Positions 26,432 to 39,857 of a stretch of DNA of 64,000 nt are shown here, one piece after another (within the stretch, counting starts at the first letter, position 1; the number at the start of each line of letters is the position of its first letter). Origin of the DNA: Scyliorhinus canicula (lineage: Eukaryota); the NCBI RefSeq assembly GCF_902713615.1, contig NW_024055487.1, positions 143,500 to 207,499 on the forward strand. The letters run 5' to 3'. Made by a program: the position numbers and the translations under genes. The notes beneath the pieces are model-generated. The model saw nothing but the letters and a program-made list of their open reading frames with translations, was not told the origin of the DNA and made no database searches.

Positions 26432-26550
26432 CTTCACTAGGGTGACTGCAGCGCTGTAGGACATGCTCAGGAAGAACAGGGTGATGAATGTGGAAGTGGT
26501 TGTCAAGATGTTGCCATTATCATCCTGATAGTCTTCAGTCCGGATGCTGT
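26432..26550 (-). CDS. IGHM: IgM TM1 exon
   Basis: ctatag|AC..(D)SIRTEDYQDDNGNILTTTSTFITLFFLSMSYSAAVTLVK|gtgaga; 119 nt, phase-compatible with the CH4 internal donor. The Ig TM motif with YS is retained. Confidence 0.93.
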
Positions 26551-27929
26551 CTATAGAATCGAAGGGGATATAGCCGAAAATAGTTAAATTGTACTTTCAT
26601 TCAGGGTATCTTTCAGAATTATATATAAATATTATCCTTTATCTTTCTGAAGTAATTTTAGTAATTTTTTTTTCATTGTACATTGTTAAATTCGCGATAC
26701 TCAGAAACCGATCTCTGCATCAATCTCCACAGCCGTTCGTCCTTTACGTTGCTCAAACAGTCCGTGTCACAAAACACAGCCGCTTTTGTTCAATTTCAGT
26801 TTGTTTTAGAACAATTTGGTATAATTGGAGATTATTATGATTGATACTGAGGGACGTTCATTCAGCTTCTTATTTCGACACTGTGAATGTTGCCGCTAAG
26901 AACCCGGACGTGAGTTCCCATCTTATTTGTTTATTTGCGATGGAAACATTTGTCATGTCGTTTACTGCAGCCAGTTTCTCAATCAGAACATTGTTTCAGT
27001 GCGTCTGTGGGATCATTATGGAATGGGGATATGTTTTGATTGGTATGCCCATTCAAACAGTTACATTAGAAATAAACTGTCATCTTGTTGTTTCTTTTTG
27101 TGCTTAAGTAACTCGTGATTTGCCTTTATCTGTTTGTCTCTCGCAATGTGTGTTTGAACATTAATGTGAGTGTTGATGTGCAATGTGTTTTCATCTGTGA
27201 TTGCCTGTATATTTTGTGATTCTATCAATGTGTATGTACGAATGAGTTATTTTTGTCTTAAAACCTTTGTTTATTTACGAATAGTTGTGTTAATGCGTGC
27301 TTATGTGTTCATACCTGCTAATATATGTAGTAATATGTTTATTTGTGCGCCATCGATCTATCAATGTGTGTATGCACATGCGTGTGCATGTGTGTCTCTG
27401 TGAGTGCATTCATGTGTATATTAACGTGTTGATAGATTTATATGCCTATGTTTTTAAATGTGTTTATGTCCCCTTGTATGCTACTATGCATTTTAGTGTT
27501 CTTGAACATAGAACATAGAGTCCCTCCAATGCAGAAAGAGGCCATTTCGTCCTTTGAGTCTGTACCGACCCTCAGAAAGGGCACTCTACACTCTGTGTTT
27601 GTGCGTCCATATAGGCCATTAATGTGCGTGTTCATGTGTTTATACATTTGTGTTAATGTGTATGACAGTGGACGTCATTGTGTCTGCACGAATGTATCAG
27701 ACAACGTGTGCTAATGTATATTTTCATGGTTACATCTGTGTTTCGGTCCTTTTGTGATTCTGCTTCTCTTGCAAATAATATATTTGCTTTTGCGTCTGTT
27801 CGTACGCATGTGTGAATCTGCACGATGGTTATTACTGTGTGAGCAAGCGTGTGTTTGTCTGTGTGCGTGTGTGTATTTTATGCGGGTCTGCGTGTGCTCG
27901 CATACGACAAACGCACTGTGTTAGCATAT

Positions 27930-30495
27930 GAGGCAGCATGGTAGCACAGTGGTTCTCAGCACCAGGGTCCCAGGTTTGATTCCCGGCTTGGGTCACTGTC
28001 TGCGCGGAGTCTGCACGTGCTCCCCATGTCTGCGCGAGTTTCCTCCAGGTGCTCCGGTTTCCTCCCACATGTCTCGAAAGACGTGCTGTTAGGTGAATTG
28101 GTCATTCTGAATTCTCTCTGTCTACCCGAACAGGCGCCGGAATGTGGCAACTAGGGGATTTTTACAGTAACTTCATTGCAGTGTTATTGTAAGCCTACTT
28201 GTGACATAGAACATAGAACGATACAGTGCAGTACAGGCCCTTCGGCCCTCGATGTTGCACCGACATGGAAAAAAAACTAAAGGCCATCTAACCTATACTA
28301 TGCCCTTATCATCCATATGCTTATCCAATAAATTTTTAAATGCCCTCAATGTTGGCGAGTTCACTACTGTTGCAGGTAGGGCATTCCACGGCCTCACCAC
28401 TCTTTGCGTAAAAAACCCACCTCTGACCTCTGTCCTTTATCTATTACCCCTCAATTTAAGGCTATGTCCCCTCGTGCTAGCCACCTCCATCCGCGGGAGA
28501 AGGCTCTCGCTGTCCACCCTATCTAACCCTCTGATCATTTTGTATGCAAAATGCACAGGTGACAAGAAAGATTATTTTTTTTAAACAGTAAATGGGGCAT
28601 TACACGTTTGAAAAATTGTGTTGTTTGAAGGTATATTTACACCATGGTTTGTCTGATGCAAGGTTACAACCTATGACCAGTAAGTAAGAAACGACTTGCA
28701 TTGTTGAAAGCTGAGTCCTTACATTAAAGACTCACTCCCTTCCGAATTCTCCGCTCGGGGAATGGGAGGGGAGAAATATTGAAACATTGAAAACAGGTGC
28801 ATGAGGCGGCCACTCAGCCCTTCGATCCTGCACCACCATTCAATATGATCATGGCTGATGATGCAAATTCAGTATCCCACACCCGCTTTCTCGCCATTAT
28901 CCTTGCATGTTAGCACAGTGGTTAGCACTGTTGCTTGCAGGTTCGATTCCCGCCTTGGGCCACTGTCTGTGAGAAGTCTGCACGTTTTCCCCGTGTGTGC
29001 ATGGGTTTCCTCCGGGGGCCCCAGTTTGCTCCCGCAAGTCCCGAAAGACGTGCTTGTTAGTTAATTTGGACATTCTGAATTCTCCCTCTGTGCACCCAAA
29101 CAGGCGCCGGAATGTAGCGACTAGGGGCTTTTTACATCAACTTCACTGCAGTGTTAATGTAAGCCTACTTGTGACAATAAATATCATTATTATCCCTTTA
29201 GTCGCAAGGGCCATGTCCAGCTCCCTCTTGAATATATCCAAGGAACTGGCCCCAACAGCTTTCTGTGGTAGAGAATTCCACAAGTTCAGAACTTTCTGAG
29301 AGAAGCTGGATTCTCTGTCGGACGGATGCTCCGTTTTGCTGGCAGCTTGGAGGGGTTTCCCGACGGCGTAGGACAGCACCACAATGGAAAACCCCATTGA
29401 CCAGCCGGCGTAACAAAGCATCCGGCCGGCGGGATGAAACAGAAATGTGGCACGGCAGGGTGGATAATCCACCATTCTTCCTCACCTCAACCCTGAATGG
29501 CGTCCTGCTTATTCTTAGGCTGCGACCCCTATTTCTGGACGTCCCCAACATTGGGAACTTTCTTCACGCATCTAGCCAGTCCAGTCCCATCAGGATATTA
29601 TATGTTTCTTTGACATTCCCTCTCATTCTTCTAACCTCCAGCGAGTACAAACCCAGTTGATCATGTCTTTCTTCATATGTCAGTCCTCCCACCCCGGTGA
29701 TTACTCAGGTGAACCTTCGCGGGACCCCGTCAGTAGCAAGAATTTCCTACCTCAAACTGGACCAAAACTGCACACAGTGTTCAAGGTGTGGTTTCACCAA
29801 GTCCTGTATAACTGCAGTAATACATTCCAACTCCTATACACAAATCCTCTCGCTATGAAGGCTAGCTTGCCATTAACTTTCCTCACCTGCTGTACCCGCG
29901 CAACAATCTTAGACGACCATGCCACCATGACACCCAGGTCTCGTTGCAATTCTACTTTTCCTAAACTGCCACAATTCAGATAATAATTTGTCTTTCTGTT
30001 TTTTCCATCAAAGCGGATGACCTCACATTCAACCACATTATATTGCATTTGCCAAGTGGTTTCTCACTCAGCCAGCCTGTCCAAGTAACCCTGAAGCCTC
30101 TTTGTATCCTACTCACAGCACACACTGCCAGCAAACTTAGTATCCTTTGCAAATCTTGAAATATTGCCTGCAATTCCTTCGTCAAAACAATTAATGAATA
30201 TTGGGCAGTGTGGTAGCACAAGTGGATCGCACCGTGGTCCCAGGTTCGATACCCCGCTGGGTCACTGTCTGTGCAGAGTCTGCAGGTTTTCCCCATGTCT
30301 GCTTAGGTTTCCTCCGGGTGCTCCGGTTTCCTCCCACAGTCCAAAGGTGGATTGACCATTCTATATTGGTCTTAGTCAACAAAAAGGTTAGGAGGGATTA
30401 TTAGGCTACGGGACAGGGTAGACGTGAGGGTTTAAGTGGGTCGGTGCAGACTCGATGGGCAAAATAGTCTCCTTCTGCACTGTATGTTCTATGTA
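27930..30495. mobile_element. Cluster of HE1-type SINEs (+) and CR1 fragments (-) in the CH4-TM1 intron
   Basis: SINE cores near 27930, 28910 and 30205; CR1 3' motifs at 28210-28550 and 29200-30160. Confidence 0.7.
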
Positions 30496-30619
30496 TTGTG
30501 AACAGCTGGGGGTCCCAGCACTGAAACCTGCGTTAAATAACCTGTGAGTTCATTGTTTCTTTCTCCCTGCTGGGTTCAGCAGTTTCCTTTTCGATTCGCG
30601 GCTTTGAGGAGATGGCCAT

Positions 30620-32040
30620 ACAATCAGCTGCCAAATGCACTTTCTCCTCTCTTTCTTGGTGACGTGCAGCAAAATAGTTTCAGGCTTTGCTCTTCAGTTT
30701 TCTCTGTTGGGGAAGTGGTGTACGATGGATTAGCTAATACCCCTCCCCTCCATCTGTTGGGGGAAGTGGGGTACAGTGGATTAATTTATGCCCTCCCACG
30801 CTCTTTTTTGGGGAAGTGGGGAATACAGTGGATTAACTAATGCCCCTCCACTCTCTGTATTGGTGAAGTGTGCGTATGGTAGATTAACAAATGCCCTTCC
30901 CAATCTCGTTGTTGGGGAGTGGCGGTCTAGTAGATTAACAAATTTCCCTCCGGTTCTCTTAGTTGGGGAAATATAGTGGATTAACTATTGCCCCTCCACC
31001 TCTCTTTGTAGTGGTGTGCGGGTACTATAGATTAAGTAATGCCTATCCCCCTTTCTTTGTAGGGGATATGGCGGATCACTGGCTTCTCTAATGCCCCTCC
31101 CCCTCTCTATACTGGGGAGTGCGGGTCCAGTAGATTAGCAAACGCCCTCCCCCTCAATTTGTTGGGGAATTAACTACATTAAATACAGTGAATGAACTGG
31201 TGCCCCTCCTCGAGCTCTGTTGAGGAAGTTGGGGTACAGTGGTTTAAGCATTTACCCTCCAATTTGTTTGTTGTGGAAGCGGAGATACAGTGCAAAGCTA
31301 ATGGCCTTCACCGATATATTTTGTGGAAATGGAATTACAGTGAGTTAACTAAAGCCCCTCATCCTCCCTTTGTTGGGGTACAGTGGGGGTAAGTGGAATC
31401 ACTAATATCCCTCGCCTCTCTATGTTGGGAAAGTGGGGTTACAGTGGATTAACTAATGCTAATCCCCAGCTCATTGCTGGTGACGTGGGGTAAAGCACAA
31501 CTAAAAATGCCCCTCCCACGCGCATCTGGGGAAGTGGGCTACATTTGGTTAAATAATCCCCTTCCCCTATCTTTTTTGGTGAAGGGGGCACAATGGATTG
31601 TCTAGTTAACCTGCCCGTCTCTTTGTCGGGGTAATGGCGGATCAATGGGTTAACTAATGGCCCTCCCCAGCTCTTTGTTGGGGAAGCGCGGGTACAGTGG
31701 ATTAGCTAATGTTCCTCCTCCCTGTATTTGTTGGGTGAATGGGGGGACCGTCGATTAACTAATGCCCAACATCTTTCTTGGGGAAATGTGGTTACAATGC
31801 ATAAAGTAATACCCCTCCCCATCTCTTTGTTGGGGAAGCGCAGGTACAATGGATTAGCTAATGTTCCTCCTCCCTGTATTTGTTGGGGAAGTGAGGTTAG
31901 TGCATTAACTATTGCCCCTCCCCTTCTATTTGTGAGGCAAGCGGGTTACTACGGAGTAGGTAATGTCCCTCTCCCTCTCTTTGTTGGAAAAGTGGGGAGC
32001 AGTGCATTAACAATTCCCCTTTCCCCTCTCTTTGACGGTG
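30620..32040. repeat. Degenerate minisatellite of about 51 bp in the CH4-TM1 intron
   Basis: Consensus TTGGGGAAGTGGGGTACAGTGGATTAACTAATGCCCCTCCCCCTCTCTTTG, more than 20 diverged copies. Confidence 0.85.
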
Positions 32041-32881
32041 GATTGCTGGTCCATGTTTCTGTTTGATCCTCAATTCAATTCCAGTGGGTGTGATGCAACA
32101 ATTTGAAACTACCATCAATTATAAAGAGATAGACAATGAGAGTAGGAGGAACACGGAAATCTAAATGTGATGTGTTTATCTGAAATGGGATTTTAAAAAA
32201 AATAAGCTTAGAACACTCAACTTTTTTCCCAATTAAGGGGCAATTTAGCTTGGCAAATCCATCTATCTTGTAAACGTTGGAGTTGTGGGGGCGAAACCCA
32301 CGCAGACACGGAGAGAATGTGAAAACTCCACATGGACAGAGACGGGATTTGAAACCTGGTCTTCATCATTGCAGGCAGCAGTGCTAACCACTGCACCACT
32401 ACGCCACCGTGCCACTCGCGCCTAAAATGGGAACTTGTCCGATTTCCCATCAATAAATATACTTTGCGCAATCCTGTTATGAATTAGTTTGACTCTGTCT
32501 GTACACCAGGTGATTTCTATTTTTTTCATGTACCCACTTGTTTATGTTCCAATCTACCGGCTCGTATATCTTTGGGCTGTGGGGGTGAGACCCACACAGA
32601 TACGGGGAGAATGAGCAACTCGACATAATAGTAACCCGAGGTGGGATAGAACAGGCTCCTCGGGACCGTGAGGCAGCAGTTCTAAACATTACGCCACTGT
32701 GTCATTCCCTGCACTGAACATGGGTCCGAGATCTGTACAAATCTGAGTCTAATTGAAGATGTCTGACACCAGGAAAGCGGATGCACTATTAATAAAACGC
32801 TGTGTCGTTCAATCACATTTGGAGGGGGATCAAAAAATCTTTATTCTTTCTATTGTAGTTCGAAATATAACCAATAGTTCC

Positions 32882-32944
32882 TCATTTACATTAATTAACG
32901 GTGTCAATTAGAGCCAAGGGAAACGCTTAAAAAACTCAGTTTAC
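32882..32944 (-). pseudogene. Degenerate IgM secretory tailpiece
   Basis: Reads [13 protein letters not shown]. Removing one G at 32914-32915 gives [19 protein letters not shown], which has the length and layout of the shark mu tail. AATAAA is still present at 32840-32845. Confidence 0.85.
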
Positions 32945-33274
32945 CGCTGGATTTATTAACCGTTCTGCTGATGATCTTCAAGGGGATGGCTTCATGTCCC
33001 ACCACACAGGTGTAAGAAGCGCCGCTGGCCCACTCCTCCGCTGCAATGGATAACAGGCTGTACATGAAGAAGGAGCTATTGCCGTTCTCCGCCATCACCT
33101 CGGTGTTCTTGTAGTTCCCGGGATTCACCGGCATGTCATTGACGGTCCACTTGACGAAGATCTCTCGGGGGGAGAAACCTCTCACTAAGCAGCTGAGGGA
33201 GACGAATCTCTGAGCGGAGACGTCTTCAGCCGGGGGCAGGAGGACAGAGACGGACGGTTCCCGCGGGTTGGGAT
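32945..33274 (-). CDS. IGHM: IgM CH4 exon
   Basis: ctgcag|[58 protein letters not shown]|gtaaa; 330 nt, open. Confidence 0.96.
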
Positions 33275-34250
33275 CTGCAGAAATGTACAATAAATGTCAA
33301 TAAAATGGGGAATTCCGGAGACAATGGAACCGCGGGTTAGATGTGGGAGAAATGTGTTTTGTGTTGGATTTTAAAGGTTTCCATTTCCCACTTTGGGATC
33401 TGTCCGGTTTCCCAGCTCGGAGCAGAGGTGGACACAATCCTTTTCCCTGAGAATTTACGGACTGGAACAGAACGTTTCAGAAAGTGTATAGCAGGGGAAC
33501 AGGCTATTCGGACCCACTGTCCTGTGCTGGTGTATCAGCTCCACACACCGGAACCCCGCCCGCCCCTACGCCACCCCCCCCCCCCCCCCCCCCCCCCCCC
33601 ATCGCCGCCACCACATTACTCCCAGAGGATTGTAAAACTGCCAATGGAACACCCTGATTGATTCCAAAAGGGAGTCAAGAGCATGTAACTGTAGGCCACT
33701 GACATTACCATCTGTCAGTGGCAATCCCTTAGTGTCCATTATAACGATGTAATAGCACAGCATTTAGAAATACACAATATCATCAAATGGAGTCAGCACG
33801 GTTTCCTGACACAAAATTGGCAGAGTTGCTGATAGTGCCGAGGATGGTTTAGCACAGAGGGCTAAACAACTGGTTTATAATGCCCATCAATGCCACCGGA
33901 GCGTGTTCAATTTATTACCGGCCTCTCTGAACAGCCGCCGGAATGTGGCGACTAAGGGCTTTTCACAGTAACTTCAGTGAAGCCTACTGGCTATTATTAT
34001 TATGAAGGGGAAATCATTCTCAACAAATTGATTGCAATTAATTGAGGTGATAACAAGCAGCCTAGAGAAAGCGGAGCCAGTAGATATAATATACATTAAT
34101 TTCGAAACAGCGTTTGATAAGTTAATGTACTATTGCCACGTTTGCAGGGGGTAGGTTTTCAGGACTGGAGGTAATCGATGAAGTATACTGATTGCCTAAG
34201 AGAAATGGGTTCAGATACCTGCAGGTAAGGTGGTGGTGGTGGCGGTGGGG

Positions 34251-34287
<37 letters not shown>

Positions 34288-34289
34288 CC

Positions 34290-35060
34290 GGTGGGAGGAG
34301 CGAGGTGTGGTCCTTCCCAGAGCTGCCACCTCCGGTGTTGCACGATAAGCTGCTGACTGAGGATAATATTGGAGAGGGGAGTGTCCAACATGTATGAAGA
34401 GCTGATAGACATAGAGGCCGTTCTGGAGGAGAAGATCAAGCGCAAATGGTAGGAGGGGTTGGTGAGGGGGTGCGGTCCGGGGCGTGGAAGGTACCTTCAG
34501 GAGGGTGAACGCATCCTCGTCGTGTGCAGGTTGAGCCTCATCCAATTTAAGGTGGTGTACAACCCCACATGAGGGTCACGAGGATGAGCCGTTTTTTTGC
34601 TGCGGTGGACGAAGAATGAATGGCCCACCTTGGCATTTGCCTCCCTGATAGCCCGGGGACGGATTTTGCTCAGCTGGCGACTCTGACCGCTGCCATTGAT
34701 GGGGATGAGCACAGTAAGAAGTCTTACAACACCAGGTTAAAGTCCAACAGGTTTGTTTCAAACACGAGCTTTCGGAGCACGGCTCCTTCTTCAGATCTCC
34801 ACATCATTGATGGGGATGTGGTTGAGCAAGCTGGCAGATTTCCTGCATTTGGAGAAGATAAAGTTCGCCTTACGTGAAGCGGAACAGGGGTTCACCCGGT
34901 GTGGAAGGCATTTATTATTTCTTCATGGTGAATTAAGGTTTCAGCCGGAGGAGAGTTAGGGGTTGTTCTCGTTGTGCGGGGGTGGGGGCAAAAATTGAAG
35001 GGGCGGGTAGATTGGTGGGATGGGTGTTAGGGAATATGGTAGATCTGGGGTGTTTATTGT
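34290..35060 (+). mobile_element. L1-type 3' fragment interrupted by a short repeat (34707-34795) whose antisense copy is at 22260-22350
   Basis: LSKLADFLHLEKIKFALR motif; shared acagtaagaagtcttacaacaccaggttaaagtccaacagg block. Confidence 0.65.
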
Positions 35061-35379
35061 ACCTGGGGGGAGTTTTTTCCATCTTTTAATTTCTTATATT
35101 TAAGGGCCAGTATAGCGTGGTCAACCCACCTACCCTGCAACCTTGGGGTTGTGGGGGTGAAACTCACGCAGACGCAGGGAGAATGCGCAAAATCCACACG
35201 GACAGTGACCCGGGTCCAGGATCAAATCCAGATCCTCTACACCATTAGAAAGCCGTGCTAACCACTGCGCCACCATGTCACCCTTGGAGTTGTTTCTATC
35301 ATAATGTTATTGTGATGTTTTCTATGATTTTTATATTTGTATGCAAAACGCCCTTTACTGAAAATATTTTTTTAAATAA

Positions 35380-36240
35380 GGAAAGCAAGTGGCGAGAATG
35401 ACACAGGTAATCTACACAGGGATAGTCAGATTAAGTGATTGGGGGGAAATTTACCAAAAGGGACATGATGTAGGAAAATGTGAGATTATACCTCCTTCGG
35501 TAGGAGGAATAAAGGAGCTGAATGTTATTTAGATGGAGAAAGGCAGCAGAAAACTGTACCGAAGAAGGATTTGTCATCCTCCTGCAGCCATCGCAAAAAG
35601 CTAGCATGCAAGTTGTTGGGTAACAGGGAAGGTGCATTGAATGTTGAGCTTTATTTTGAAGGGAATGCTATATAAAAATAGCGACGTGTTGATAAAACTA
35701 CACAGTGCACCAGCAAAATCACACCTGATGTTCTTTGAACACTTTGGGAAGGATGACATATTGGTTTTCGAAGCAGTCCAGAGAATGTTCATGATGTTGA
35801 TCCCGGGTATGGATTTTCTTATGAAGAGTGGCTGAGTAGATTGGGCCGATACTCACTGGATATTAGAAATATGAAGGCGACCTAATTGCGACATAAATCA
35901 TTCTCAGACGGTTTGACAGGGTAAATGCCGAAAGGTTCCTATCCCTTGTGGAAGATTCTTGGACCTGAGGATTTAATCTTAAATGAAGGCATCGCCATTT
36001 AAGGCAGACATGAGGAGGAATTTTTTTTCTCGGTTGGCAGCGTATCTGTGGAATTCTGTGGTGCGAAAGGTGTAGGAATTGCATCGTTCAGTGTGTTCAA
36101 GGCTGAGATAGATGGATTTTGAATCAGTAAGGAAATAAAGGGATATGGGGTTAAGGCAGGAAAGTGGAATTGAGGATTGCCTGAGATCAGTCACGGTCTC
36201 GCTGAATGCCGGCCAGTCTCAATGAACCCAATGGCCTTGA
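35380..36240 (+). mobile_element. Decayed CR1 3' fragment
   Basis: LIKLHSAPAKSHL..FEAVQRMFMMLIPGM, with frameshifts. Confidence 0.7.
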
Positions 36241-36484
36241 TCTGCTCTTACACCTTCTAGTCGATGGCCTTGCTCCATCTAAACCCAATATCACCGCCTT
36301 CAATTCACTGTTCAGTCGTCTGCATATTATTTTCCACCTTATCGTCTGCCACTCCAGATTGTTTAGTTAGTGGAATTATCAATCAAAGTAGATCAGAAAT
36401 ACACTGAATGCGAAATATTGACCGTTGCACTGACACTAGAAATAGACACAATGGCTCACTTATTGCTTTAATCTCAACGCTCAC

Positions 36485-36793
36485 CTATTTTCTTATGGAT
36501 CGAATTACTCAAAGGAGTTGGCAGGTCCTGATGTCTCGCCACACAGTCAAACACAGCCCCACTTAGCCAGGCTTGTGTCGAGATGTTTAATTTGCTGACC
36601 ACGCTCTCAGTATCTGCCCCAGGCTGGTCGGCAATCTCTGATTTCAGCGGGTTCTTCGCTTCACTCCAGGACACATTGACTCCATAAGGAGCATTCGAAA
36701 TGACGCAGATTATGGTTACAGTCGCCTCCAGTAAGACCTGTTCTATTGGCGGTGGCAGTATTGTTACTGAGGCAATAGTGCAAAGGGAAGGAT
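36485..36793 (-). CDS. IGHM: IgM CH3 exon
   Basis: ttcacag|[58 protein letters not shown]|gtgag; 309 nt, open. Confidence 0.95.
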
Positions 36794-36939
36794 CTGTGAA
36801 TGAAAACATGAAAATCAACCCACGTTTCATCTTCAGAATCAGGACAGTGGTATTCAACATTTACTCTCTAAATGGGAATGAATCAACTTCGAAATAACAA
36901 CCTCGAAAGATCGTCGATGAACAGAACTGGCTTTGTTAT

Positions 36940-39580
36940 AGAAGACACAGAGTAATGGTGGAAGGGTTTTTTTTCTGAGTGGATATCTGTAACTAGTGGT
37001 GTTCAGCAGAGATCAAAGATCTGGAGACAAATGTGGGTGGTCTGGTAACAAGTTTGCGGATGACACGAAATTGGCGGAATTGCCGATTGTTCCGAGGGTG
37101 GTCAGAGGGTATAAGTGGGATAGATAGATTGGAGACTTGGGCACAGAAATAGCAGACGGAGTTTAATCCGGACAAATGTGAGGTGATGCATTTTGGAAGA
37201 TCATATGTGGTTATGAATTATACCGTAAATGGCAGAACGCTTGGACCATTAACATACAAAGGGACCTTGGCATGCAGGTCCACAGTTCTCTAGTGGCAAC
37301 ATAGGTGGCCAAGGTGATTATGAAGGCAAATGGCATGCTTCCCTTCATCAGCCAGGGCATTGAGTGCAGGAGTTGGGAAATCATGTTGCAGCTATATAAA
37401 AGTTTGGTTCGGCTGCATTTGGAGTATTGCATGCAGTTCTGGTCACGACATTATCAGAAGAACGTGGAAGCTTTGGAGAGAGTGCAAAGAAGGTTCACCG
37501 GGATGTTGCCTGCTCTTGAAGGTGTTGGCTATGAGGAGCATTTGAAAAAAACTAGGAATGCTTTTACTGCCAAGACGGAGGCTGAGGGGACACCGGATAG
37601 AGGTCTACAAAATTATGAGAGAATTAGGCAGGTTTGCTGTCAGAGGCTTTTTTCAAGGATGGAGTGTCAATTACAAGGGGCCACAGGTTAAAGATGAGAG
37701 AGGGAAAGTTTACGGGAGATGTGCGGATAGGTTTTATCGCGCAGAGAGTGGTGGATGTCTGGTATGCACTGTCAAAGGATGTGGTGGAACCCGGCACATT
37801 AGCAACATTTAAGAACTATCTGGATGGATACATGAATAGGGAGCAAATAGAGGGTTATGGACCGAGTAAGGACAGAGGGTTCTTTTTAGATAGGGCACAT
37901 TGAGCGGCGCAGGCGTGGAGGACTTTGCTGTACTATTCTTTGTTCTTTGTACAGTGGTAAGCAGCGTGTCTGTGAAACCTATTATAGAATAGGGGCTGGT
38001 TTAGCTCACAAGGCTCACAAGCTCACAAGGCTAAATCGCTGGCTTTTAAAGCAGACCAAGCAGGTCAGCAGCACGGTTCGATTCCCGTACCAGCCTCCCC
38101 GGACAGGCGCCGGAATGTGGCGACTAGGGGCTTTTCACAGTAACTTCATTGAAGCCTACTCGTGACAATAAGCGATTTTCATTTTCATTTTAGAATCACC
38201 ACCGTGAAGAAGAGCACCAATCGGCCCATCGAGTCTGCACCGACCCTCGAAAGAGCACCCTACCAACAACCACTCCCCCGCCCTTCCCCATAACCCTATG
38301 GCCCCATGGAACCGTTAGACTCTAAGGGACAATTGTGCACGGCCAATCTACCTAACCTGCCCATCTTTGGACTGTGGGAGGAAACGGAGCACCCGGAGGA
38401 AACCCAAGCAGACTCGGGGAGAATGTAGAAACTCCTTACAGGCAGTCAGCCAAAACCAAAATCGAAACCAGGGTCGTGGCGCTAAGATGTAGCAGTGCTA
38501 ATCGCTATTCTCATTGTCAAAGTCGTTCAGCCCTGGAATCCTTCTAACAACTGCATTGCAGTATTCCCAATGCAGAATACACTGTTCCTGATCTCTGGAA
38601 TGGAGTAATGAAGGCTGATTTATAAATAGGTTGGATGAACTTTCCAACACTTTCCCCCGGAGCTGTCAGCAGTAAAGCGTTCCAGACACCCGCTGCCTCT
38701 CAAATCCAAGATTCTTGGTAGTGAGGATGAGCAGAGAGATCTCTGTGTCCATGTACATAGATCCCTGAAAGTTGCCACCCAGGTTGAGAGGGTTGTTAAG
38801 AAGGCGTACGGTGTGTTAGCCTTTATTGGTAGAGGGATTGAGCTTCTGAGCCATGAGGTCACGTTGCAGTTGCAGGGGCTGTTTAGCTCACTGGGCTAAT
38901 CGCTGGCTTTGAAAGCAGACCAAAGCAAGCCACAAACATGGTTTGTATTCCCATAACAGCCTCCCTGAACAGGCGCCGGAATGTGGCAACTAGGGGCTTT
39001 TCACAGTAACTTCATTTGAAGCCTACTCGTGACAGTAAGCAATTTTCATTTTTTTCATTTCCGTTGTACATAACTCTGGTACGGCCGCATTTGGAGTATT
39101 GCGTGCAGTTCTGGTCACCGCATTATAGTAAGGATGTGGAAACATTGGAAAGGGTGCAGAGGAGATTTACCAGGATGTTGCCTGGTCTGGAGGGAAGATC
39201 TTTTGAGGGAAGATGAGGGACTTGAGGCTGTTTTCGGTAGAGAGAAGAAGGTTAAGAGGTGACTTAATTGAGGCATACAAGATGATCAGAGGATTAGATA
39301 GGGTGGACAGTGAGAGCCTTTTTCCTCGGATGGCGATGTCTAGCACGAGGGGACATAGCTTTAAATTGAGGGGAGATAGATATAGGACAGATGTCAGAGG
39401 TAGGTTCTTTACTCAGAGAGTGGTAAGGGCGTGGAATGCCCTGCCTGCAACAGTAGTGGACTCGCCAACATTAATGGCATTTAAATGGTCATTGGATAAA
39501 CATATGGATGTTAAGGCAATAGCGTAGATGAGCTTTAGAGTGGTTTCACAGGTCGGTGCAACATCGAGGTCGCTGTAATG
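36940..39580 (+). mobile_element. CR1 fragments (about 36940-37950 and 38730-39580); the second is split by a SINE at 38875-39060
   Basis: LYKSLVRLHLEYCMQFWS and [17 protein letters not shown] motifs; the CR1 reading resumes after the SINE. Confidence 0.85.
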
Positions 39581-39857
39581 TTCTATGTTCTAATCCGCTG
39601 TCTCAGGATAAAGCTGATATCAAGTCCACCTCACTCACTAAAGGTCTTCAAAGTAAAGGGAAGTATTCTTTGCTGTTCTGATAAAATCTTGAATGGTGAG
39701 CAAATCCAATGCAGCTCTTACATTAGAATGAATCACAAAGTACATGGCAGTAAATTAGAAATTGATCTGTGCTTTGCATTAACTTCAATACATTTCTGGT
39801 GTTGATTAACATCAGAGTGCAGGATGATCTATAGTTTCCCCTGTCTGTGTCTCTTAC

